From Methanocaldococcus jannaschii DSM 2661 (GTDB lineage: Archaea; AGJL01; Methanococci; Methanococcales; Methanocaldococcaceae), in assembly GCF_000091665.1 (NCBI RefSeq), contig NC_000909.1, positions 940,712-972,711 of the forward strand: a DNA stretch of 32,000 nucleotides. The letters are read 5' to 3'. Below are positions 1 to 6,839 of the stretch, one piece after another. Made by a program: the position numbers and the translations under genes. Positions within the stretch are counted from its first letter, which is position 1, and each line of letters starts with the position of its first letter. Below the pieces are notes generated by a model that saw only the letters and a list, made by a program, of their open reading frames with translations, made no database searches and had not been told where the DNA came from.

Positions 1-367
1 ATGTATTTTTTGGTGTTGGAATACCACATAAAGAAGGAGCATCCTTTATCAAACTCCTTATAATTTCAATAGGCTTTTTATCATCCTCATACTCTTCAAA
101 CAAGACTTCTATAATTAGACGAAAACCGAAGGTTTTCGTTGCTCGAAGCTTCGCTTCGAACTCATCATACTTAGAGATAAAAATCTCTCTCAAATCGATA
201 TAAAACACAACATATTTGTTTTTATCCAGTCTATTGTTGATAATTTCATTAATTAGGGCTGTTTTTCCAGAGTTTATGGGGCCATAAATAAAATAAATTA
301 AATTTGGTTCTTCTTCTAAAATTGATAAAATTTCTTTTATTTCTTCCACCCTATTAAAGAATTTCAT
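1..367 (-). CDS. Archaeal ATPase (Arch_ATPase-like paralog family), N-terminal part; ORF runs off the left edge of the window
   Basis: My own minus-strand translation from ATG 367-365: MKFFNRVEEIKEILSILEEEPNLIYFIYGPINSGKTALINEIINNRLDKNKYVVFYIDLR... with Walker A GPINSGKT. GAGGAG SD (complement of 377-382) and a TATA-like AAATATATAG (complement of 390-399) lie upstream. Absent from the ORF track because it has no stop in the window. Confidence 0.75.
   Translation of the reverse strand, partial: MKFFNRVEEIKEILSILEEEPNLIYFIYGPINSGKTALINEIINNRLDKNKYVVFYIDLREIFISKYDEFEAKLRATKTFGFRLIIEVLFEEYEDDKKPIEIIRSLIKDAPSLCGIPTPKNT
119..159. repeat. Two adjacent perfect GC-rich hairpins inside the ATPase ORF
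   Basis: ACGAAAACC(119-127)-GAA-GGTTTTCGT(131-139), 9 bp stem. TCGAAGC(143-149)-TTC-GCTTCGA(153-159), 7 bp stem. Reading frame is maintained (encodes ...EFEAKLRATKTFGFRL...). Confidence 0.6.
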
Positions 368-398
368 ATTTATCAACTCCTCAAATTTACTATATATT

Positions 399-515
399 TC
401 ATATCATTTTTTTGCCAGTAATTAAAAAGTATATCTCTTTTCTAAAGTCATTTGCAGAATTTTCGCATCTTTCTAAATATTTTCCTATATTGGTTAGCTC
501 ATTCACAATAGCAAC
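399..515 (-). pseudogene. phoU: PhoU C-terminal remnant (third fragment of a broken phoU)
   Basis: Own translation: VAIVNELTNIGKYLERCENSANDFRKEIYFLITGKKMI*. This resembles the conserved PhoU C-terminal RyLERigDhatNia...y..tG block. Same reading phase as the 756..1148 ORF, different from 517..759. Confidence 0.5.
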
Positions 516-516
516 A

Positions 517-626
517 TTATAGTTTTTGCAAAACATTTTGAAATATATAGGATATATATGAACGCCCCCAAGTGGGGGCGTTCAAATTTTTATTTTTAAT
601 TTTAATAACTTTTGCAAAAACTATAA
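517..626. repeat. Palindromic element copy E1 (about 110 bp): 17-bp outer arms plus an 11-bp-stem central hairpin
   Basis: Arms TTATAGTTTTTGCAAAA 517-533 and TTTTGCAAAAACTATAA 610-626 are perfect reverse complements. Central TGAACGCCCCC(559-569)-AAGT-GGGGGCGTTCA(574-584). Arms and hairpin share the same symmetry centre (571.5). Confidence 0.8.
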
Positions 627-759
627 ACACATCTTCAAAAATCTTTCTTGCTAAGTATCTTTGAAACTCTTCATAAAATATCTTTTCAATTTCTCTGTGT
701 AGTTTATATATCTCATCAATTTTATTTATATCTTCATTTATGTAAGAAGAAATACTCAA
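517..759 (-). CDS. PhoU-family fragment (start of second PhoU repeat); its 3' third is read through a palindromic element
   Basis: ORF track 80 aa. EDINKIDEIYKLHREI resembles the D..iD helix of a PhoU repeat. The ATGA overlap with the upstream ORF (stop 758-756, ATG 759-757) indicates a frame break. The tail ...NLNAPTWGRSYISYIF... is encoded by the hairpin element. Confidence 0.45.
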   Translation of the reverse strand: MSISSYINEDINKIDEIYKLHREIEKIFYEEFQRYLARKIFEDVFIVFAKVIKIKNKNLNAPTWGRSYISYIFQNVLQKL

Positions 760-1148
760 TAAATTATCTCCTCAGTTAAAGAAGCCATTCTTTTTATGTA
801 TTTGTCATTTCTATCAAAATTAAATTTTGAATTTAGCAGAACAAAACTTATCTTTACGGCACATTCTTCAATTTTTTCCAACATTGAACACAATTTTATA
901 ATTGTTAGCAATTTTCTTAAATCTTTTGAGACGGGTCTATATAGGCATAGAGCTTTTACTGAATACATCTCCAATGACTCTAAATTTTTGATTATGTTAT
1001 TGTTTTTATAAATTACCAAATTACAGATGTCTTTTTTGTTTGTGCAGTATCCTTCAACACTAAGATTTAGATTTTTTATTATTTCTTCCCCTAATAGCTC
1101 TATTTTTCTATCCATCTCATTTACTATGTCATCAAATTTTTTTGGCAT
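756..1148 (-). CDS. phoU: PhoU-family protein, N-terminal repeat (130 aa fragment)
   Basis: ORF track. RPVSKDLRKLLTIIKLCSMLEKIEECAVKIS matches the PhoU motif P.a.DLR....ki..dlERigD.a.nia. It lies directly downstream of pstB in the same orientation. Confidence 0.7.
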   Translation of the reverse strand: MPKKFDDIVNEMDRKIELLGEEIIKNLNLSVEGYCTNKKDICNLVIYKNNNIIKNLESLEMYSVKALCLYRPVSKDLRKLLTIIKLCSMLEKIEECAVKISFVLLNSKFNFDRNDKYIKRMASLTEEIIY

Positions 1149-1214
1149 AAATATCCCTCAATAAGTATAAAAGTTCATATTTTGTGATTAATTAAAAAAT
1201 TTTGATGATGATAC

Positions 1215-1973
1215 TTAACCAAACCTACCACTAATGTAGTCATCTGTCTCCTTCTTCTGTGGATTTAGGAATATCTGCTCTGTCTCTCCAAACTCAATTA
1301 ATTTCCCCATTAAGAAAAAGGCAGTGTAATCAGAAACCCTACTTGCCTGCTGCATGTTGTGGGTAACAACAACAATCGTATAATCTTTAGCTAACTCAAC
1401 CATTAACTCCTCTATCTTTAATGTGGAGATAGGGTCTAAGGCAGATGTTGGTTCATCCATCAATAAAACCTCTGGCTTAACTGCTATCGCTCTCGCTATA
1501 CATAACCTCTGCTGTTGTCCTCCAGAGAGAGATAAAGCGTTTTTATGCAGTTCATCTTTAACCTCATCCCACAAAGCCGCTTTCTTTAAAGCCCACTCAA
1601 CAATCTTATCCAATTCTTTTTTATCCTTAATTCCATGAATTCTTGGGCCAAATGCAACATTATCATAGATGCTCATAGCAAAAGGATTTGGCTTTTGAAA
1701 TACCATTCCTACTCTCTTTCTCAACTCATAAACATCAACATCCTTATCATAGATATTTTTTCCATCCAATAAAACCTCTCCCTCTATTCTAACATTTGGA
1801 ATTAAATCATTTAGCCTATTTAAGCATCTTAAAAATGTTGATTTACCACATCCACTTGGCCCTATTAAGGCAGTTATTTTATTCTCATAGATTGGGAGAT
1901 TTATATCAAATAACGCCTGCTTTTCCCCATACCACAAATTTAGGTTTTTTGTTTCCATCTTCACCTTTGTCAT
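1215..1973 (-). CDS. pstB: Phosphate ABC transporter ATP-binding protein PstB
   Basis: Walker [10 protein letters not shown], signature LSGGQQQRL, Walker [12 protein letters not shown]. The typical PstB N-terminus and C-terminal YISGRFG are present. Confidence 0.95.
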   Translation of the reverse strand: MTKVKMETKNLNLWYGEKQALFDINLPIYENKITALIGPSGCGKSTFLRCLNRLNDLIPNVRIEGEVLLDGKNIYDKDVDVYELRKRVGMVFQKPNPFAMSIYDNVAFGPRIHGIKDKKELDKIVEWALKKAALWDEVKDELHKNALSLSGGQQQRLCIARAIAVKPEVLLMDEPTSALDPISTLKIEELMVELAKDYTIVVVTHNMQQASRVSDYTAFFLMGKLIEFGETEQIFLNPQKKETDDYISGRFG

Positions 1974-2003
1974 TTCTATCCCTTTTTTATATTTTATAAA
2001 ATT

Positions 2004-2849
2004 TTATAATTTTATATCATCCTTTAAAGCATATCTTATCGGAACAAATATTGCTAAAAATATTATAAGCATTACTAAAGCCGCTCCCCATGCCATCTGG
2101 TGGTCTTCTATAGAAGGACTTTGAACTAATGTATAGATGAGGAGAGGAATTGCTCCAACTGGCTCTAATGGATTTGTTGGATAGACCTCATACAACCCTC
2201 CTGCAGTAAATAGTAGAGGAGCTGTTTCTCCAGCAACCTTTGCCATACCAATTAAAATTCCTGTTAAAATTCCTTTTTTAGCCATCTTCGTAATAACTTT
2301 GAATATTACTTGTGCCCTTGTGCATCCTAACGCATAACCTCCTTCTTTATAAATCTTTGGGACTTCTGCCATCGCTTCTTCTGTATAAACTGCAACATAA
2401 GGAGTTAATATTAAAGCTAAAGCCAAAGCCCCAGCTAATGCTGAAAAAGTTCCCATAGGAACAACTAACATACCCATGACAAATGTACCAACCAGTATAG
2501 TTGGGAATTCTAACATTATCTGCAGTAACATCTTTGTAGCTCTTCCAATAAAGCTGTTTGGGAATTCATAGGCATAAGCTCCAGCTAAGAAAGCTAAAGG
2601 TAAGCCAATTAAAGTCGCTAAGAATGTGAGCATTAAAGTCCCAACTATTGCCGGACCTATTCCTCCCTCACTCAACGTTCCAGTTATGAAAGTTAAGCCC
2701 CTTTCCATTATTATTGGTAGTCCTTTTTCAACAATTGAAATTATTATATGGAATAAAGGGAGTATTGCCAATAAAGTTAATGCCCCAACAATAAATAGAA
2801 ATATCTTATCTTTAATCATTCTAATGGTTTTATGTTTAATGGGAGACAT
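2004..2849 (-). CDS. pstA: Phosphate ABC transporter permease PstA
   Basis: Polytopic membrane protein, second permease of the pstSCAB order. It overlaps pstC by 14 nt. GGTGGAG SD lies before the ATG. Confidence 0.9.
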   Translation of the reverse strand: MSPIKHKTIRMIKDKIFLFIVGALTLLAILPLFHIIISIVEKGLPIIMERGLTFITGTLSEGGIGPAIVGTLMLTFLATLIGLPLAFLAGAYAYEFPNSFIGRATKMLLQIMLEFPTILVGTFVMGMLVVPMGTFSALAGALALALILTPYVAVYTEEAMAEVPKIYKEGGYALGCTRAQVIFKVITKMAKKGILTGILIGMAKVAGETAPLLFTAGGLYEVYPTNPLEPVGAIPLLIYTLVQSPSIEDHQMAWGAALVMLIIFLAIFVPIRYALKDDIKL

Positions 2850-3774
2850 GCTCTCTCCACCTCTTCAAATAATAAATTCCAATGATATTAACAACCAATC
2901 CTATAACAAACAGCACTAAACCAGCAGAGTAGAGGACAGAAGTCATATACTCATACAACACTGCATTTCCAAATTGATTTGCTATCAATGATGATATTGT
3001 ATATCCTGGAGCAAAGAGCTTGTAAGTTAGGTTGAAGGAGTTTCCAATAACCAGTGAAACAGCAACTGTTTCTCCTAAAGCCCTACCAAAAGCCAATATA
3101 AGCCCTGAAATTATGGCTGGTCTTATGTATTTTATTAAAACCTTTGTGGTTTCATATCTTGTTGCTCCTAAAGCAACTAAACCCTCTTTATAAACAGATG
3201 GAATCATTGCATAAGCCTCTCTAATAATAGCTGCTGCAAATGGAGTAACCATTATTCCCAACAAAATTCCTGCTGATAGATAGCAATAACCTGATAATGG
3301 AGGGTAATCAAAGAGTGGAATAAATGAAAAATGTTCATACAAAAATTTCATAATATGGTCTCTTAACAGAGGGACTAATATGAATGCTCCCCATATACCA
3401 TAAATTATTGTTGGAAGTCCTGCCATAATATCTGAAATTACAATTAAAGGATATTTCAGTCTTTTAGGAGCATAATCATTGACAAATATTGCATAGCATA
3501 TAGATAGAGGCAAAGCTATTAAAACAGCAATTGTTGCTGTATATATACTACCCCAAATTGGCGCTGCTAATCCATAAACTTCTTTTGCAGGTTCTTCAGC
3601 CGCTTTCCAAACATTTGTTATAAATAAATCAATACCATATCTCTCAATAGCTGGGAGTGCATTGAAGAAATAAAAGCCTAATATTAAAACAAATAATATA
3701 AACACAACAAATATTGCTGGTAATGTTATTATTTTGAATTCATCTATCTTTCTTAGGAGTTTTTTAATCTCCAT
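2836..3774 (-). CDS. pstC: Phosphate ABC transporter permease PstC
   Basis: Polytopic membrane protein immediately after pstS. The ORF track begins at TTG 3783. I prefer ATG 3774-3772 (MEIKKLLRK...), preceded by an AGGTTGA SD-like sequence. Confidence 0.9.
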   Translation of the reverse strand: MEIKKLLRKIDEFKIITLPAIFVVFILFVLILGFYFFNALPAIERYGIDLFITNVWKAAEEPAKEVYGLAAPIWGSIYTATIAVLIALPLSICYAIFVNDYAPKRLKYPLIVISDIMAGLPTIIYGIWGAFILVPLLRDHIMKFLYEHFSFIPLFDYPPLSGYCYLSAGILLGIMVTPFAAAIIREAYAMIPSVYKEGLVALGATRYETTKVLIKYIRPAIISGLILAFGRALGETVAVSLVIGNSFNLTYKLFAPGYTISSLIANQFGNAVLYEYMTSVLYSAGLVLFVIGLVVNIIGIYYLKRWREHVSH

Positions 3775-3924
3775 GGTTTTCAACCTTTTTTAATCCTTAT
3801 CTTATGGCTTTTATAAGTTCTATTTTAATAAGACTTTCGCAGGATTAAATAATTGTAACATTGTATATTGCTTAATAAAAATATTATTCCCAAATATAAA
3901 ATTTCTTATCTTTAAATTTGGATT

Positions 3925-3941
3925 TAAAAAATATTAAAAAA
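3925..3941 (-). terminator. Oligo-T tracts right after the pstS stop (candidate intra-operon terminator/attenuator)
   Basis: The plus strand shows A6-7 runs at 3925-3931 and 3936-3941. These are T-runs on the coding (minus) strand 7-25 nt after the pstS stop at 3950-3948. Archaeal terminators are oligo-T. Confidence 0.4.
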
Positions 3942-3947
3942 TTAGAT

Positions 3948-5081
3948 TTATTCTTTTATCATATTTACAGCATTTAATCCAATCTTAGCAACATCTTCTG
4001 GTAATCCTACATAACCTGGAGCTAAATGCTCTGGTTTCTGCCCTTCTGTTAATACCCATGTTAAGAAATCTTTTATAGCTTTAGCTTTTTCTGGAGAGTA
4101 GTGCTTACCATTTTTGTTTTCCCAAACTAATAAGTGTGTGAATGCAACTATTGGATAGGCATTGTCTCCAGGGGCATCCAACATCTGCTTTAAATCCTCT
4201 TTGTATCCTTCTGTTGGGTTTGGAATACTTGCCTTAACTGCTGAAACTGCTGCTTTTATTGTTTCATCTGTTGGTTTAACAAATTTACCATTTTTGTTTT
4301 CTAATGCTGCAACTGGAAGTTTTTGTTCTATTGCATATGAAAGCTCAGTATATGCAACTGTATAAGGCGTTGATTTCACTATTGCTACAACACCTGGATT
4401 TCCTTTTCCAGCGACTCCCCTGCCTATATTATCAGTTGGCCAATTAACAGTTTTTCCAGCTCCAACTTTTTCAGCCCATTCCTTACTAATTAAGCTTAGA
4501 TATGTTGTAAATATGGCGGTTGTTCCACTTGCGTCACTTCTATGAACAACGATAATCTTCTCATGTGGGAGTTTATCAGCAATTTCTGGGTTTATTTTTT
4601 TAATTCTTTCATCGTCCCAGTATTCAATCTTACCTAAGAATATATCAGCTAAAACATCCCTACTCAATTTTAAAGTTTTATCTCCAATTTCTGGGATGTT
4701 GTAGGTTACAACCACAGCACCAACAATTTCTGGGAATTGTAATGGTTGGTCTCCTGTTGATAAGAATTTCTTCCACATGCTTTCTTTAACTGGAGGGTCA
4801 GTTCTTCCAATATCAGTTAAACCTTTTGCAAATGCCTCTTGCCCGTATCCTGAACCTCCTCCCTCATACTCAATCTTGACATTAGGATGGGTTTTTTGAT
4901 AATCTTCAATCCATTTCTGGATTTGGTATTTTGGGAATGTTGCCCCTGTAGTCCTAATTATTATGGTACTTGGTTTTTCATTATTTGACGGTTGAGAATT
5001 ACCTCCACCAACACATCCAGCTATTGAAATTACTGGGACTATTAAACACAGCCCCAATATTAATGCCAATATTTTTTTCAC
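3948..5081 (-). CDS. pstS: Phosphate-binding lipoprotein PstS
   Basis: Periplasmic-binding-protein sequence with a signal peptide and lipobox (KKILALILGLCLIVPVISIAGC). The ORF track starts at TTG 5117. GTG 5081-5079 is preceded by GGTGAT (5090-5085), so I place the start there. Confidence 0.9.
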   Translation of the reverse strand: MKKILALILGLCLIVPVISIAGCVGGGNSQPSNNEKPSTIIIRTTGATFPKYQIQKWIEDYQKTHPNVKIEYEGGGSGYGQEAFAKGLTDIGRTDPPVKESMWKKFLSTGDQPLQFPEIVGAVVVTYNIPEIGDKTLKLSRDVLADIFLGKIEYWDDERIKKINPEIADKLPHEKIIVVHRSDASGTTAIFTTYLSLISKEWAEKVGAGKTVNWPTDNIGRGVAGKGNPGVVAIVKSTPYTVAYTELSYAIEQKLPVAALENKNGKFVKPTDETIKAAVSAVKASIPNPTEGYKEDLKQMLDAPGDNAYPIVAFTHLLVWENKNGKHYSPEKAKAIKDFLTWVLTEGQKPEHLAPGYVGLPEDVAKIGLNAVNMIKE

Positions 5082-5102
5082 AGCATCACCTTTTGTAGGT
5101 TG

Positions 5103-5214
5103 TGTGGTGTCATTCAAAACTTTTTTAATGATTTAAGGTATAGATGAACGCCTTCTAAAAGAAGGCGTTCAAAATTTTCATTAGTAGATTTTGTTATTTT
5201 TGAATGACACCATA
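5103..5214. repeat. Palindromic element copy E2 (108-112 bp) in the pstS upstream region
   Basis: Arms TGGTGTCATTCAAAA 5105-5119 and TTTTGAATGACACCA 5198-5212 are a perfect 15-bp inverted repeat (17 bp with one mismatch). Central TGAACGCCTTC(5145-5155)-TAAAA-GAAGGCGTTCA(5161-5171). Shared symmetry centre about 5158. Confidence 0.8.
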
Positions 5215-5347
5215 ATTTACAATAGATTGTAAGATACATAAAGGTATATAAAGTTTTCTATTTTGAATTAAAGTTCATATTTTATGAACATTCAATTTTA
5301 ATAGTTAAAAACTCAATATAAAAAGTAAAACACTTCTTTGTGAAACC

Positions 5348-6232
5348 ATGGAATTCTCAGAATGGACAAAAAATAAAAGAAAGTTAAATAATTTAGAAGA
5401 ATTAAAAAGAGACATCATAGAACAATTTAAAGAAAAAAATGCCTTAGATGAAGGCATTGTAGTTATGGCGAGTGGTGGAAAAGATAGCTCAACAGCAATT
5501 GCCTTAGCTAAGGACTTAGGATTAAATATAGAGTATTTAATACACTTCTATCATAGATGGAGTTGGGATGTATCAAAAAAAATGGTTGAAAAGCTCTCTA
5601 AGAAGTTTGATATCCCAGTGATATTTTACAATATTACAGACGAACTTTTAAAGAGAACTAAGGGGGCTAAGGGTAGTAGTATCTGCAGAATATGTAAAAA
5701 TATTATGAAGGATAAAGCCGTTGATATATCCAAAGAAAAAGGAATTAGAATAATTATGACTGGAGATTCTGCTCTTGAAAAAGTCTCTGGAGCGGTTATG
5801 AACTATCTGAGAGATGTTTATGGAGAGGTTGTATATAACAAAATGGAACTCACTCCAGTCCCACAAAAATATAGCAAAGGAAAAGATAAAGAAGTTTTAT
5901 TCTTTAGACCTTTGATAAGATTAGCTTGTGAGGATGTTTTAAAGCTAATGGATTACTATAATATAGAGATAGAGAGGGCTCATGAGGTAGGTGATAAAAT
6001 TGGATTTTGGAGGGAAGGATGCTGTTTGCAGTATGCTGATGAAAACGCCCTATTAAATGAGAAACTCTTTAATGAACTCTACAAATATAACAAAATAGCC
6101 ACTGAAGTAGCAAAAAAACATGGGTTTAGGGCTTCTATAAAACTACCTTCAAAAAAGATTATGGTAGTGCCCAAAAAAGATGAATATATTACTTTAATCA
6201 AAAACGCTCTGAGGGATGTAGATGAAAGTTAA
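5348..6232 (+). CDS. PP-loop ATP pyrophosphatase superfamily protein (adenine nucleotide alpha-hydrolase fold), function unknown
   Basis: SGGKDS PP-loop at residues 42-47. Cys motifs CRIC and GCC. No further family assignment is possible by eye. Confidence 0.7.
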
Positions 6233-6833
6233 GGTTTATAGAGTTGGTGGAATTACAGGAATTTTTTTGATATTTCTAATTTTATTGCTATTGATAATTT
6301 TGGCAATAGTTGCTTTACCAATATTTTTAATTCTAATGGCAATATTTGGAGGATATATTTTATTAAAATATAAGATAAAATCATTTTTTAGGAAAGTTTG
6401 GTATAATATAAGAAAGAAGAAGATAAAGATTGAGGATACATCAACAAATGGTGAGGTAAAAATAAATTTTGCTAAAAGAATAGAAATTGAAGATGGCAAA
6501 ATAGAAACAAACAATATAAACACTTTATTGGATTATTTAGATGAAAATACAAAATCTTTTGCTTACTATTTAAAAAATATAGGAGCTGAGTTTAGAGATG
6601 ACGGCATTTACTTTAAAGGATACAAAATATATCCAATATTCAAAAAATCTTATCCAATAAATGAAATTATAAGCCTAAGATATCCAGAAAACATTGATGC
6701 TGTGGTTTTAGGATTAAAAGGAGAACCTTATGATCCAAAATTTTTATATTTGATTCCAAAAGAGTTTTTAAAGGATAGGATGAGCATCTCTGAACTAAAA
6801 AGGTTTGAAATTGGAGACATGGTACTCAAATAA
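6222..6833 (+). CDS. Hypothetical membrane-anchored protein (two N-terminal TM helices plus a soluble domain)
   Basis: ORF track 203 aa. Hydrophobic N-terminus [39 protein letters not shown]. Overlaps the upstream gene by 11 nt, suggesting translational coupling. Confidence 0.6.
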
Positions 6834-6839
6834 TAATGA

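Noticed and set aside
5082-5117. TTG-initiated 12-aa N-terminal extension of PstS (MNDTTQPTKGDA)
   Set aside because: It would place a polar extension before a canonical signal peptide. It overlaps the left arm of palindromic element E2. The GGTGAT SD lies inside it, serving GTG 5081.
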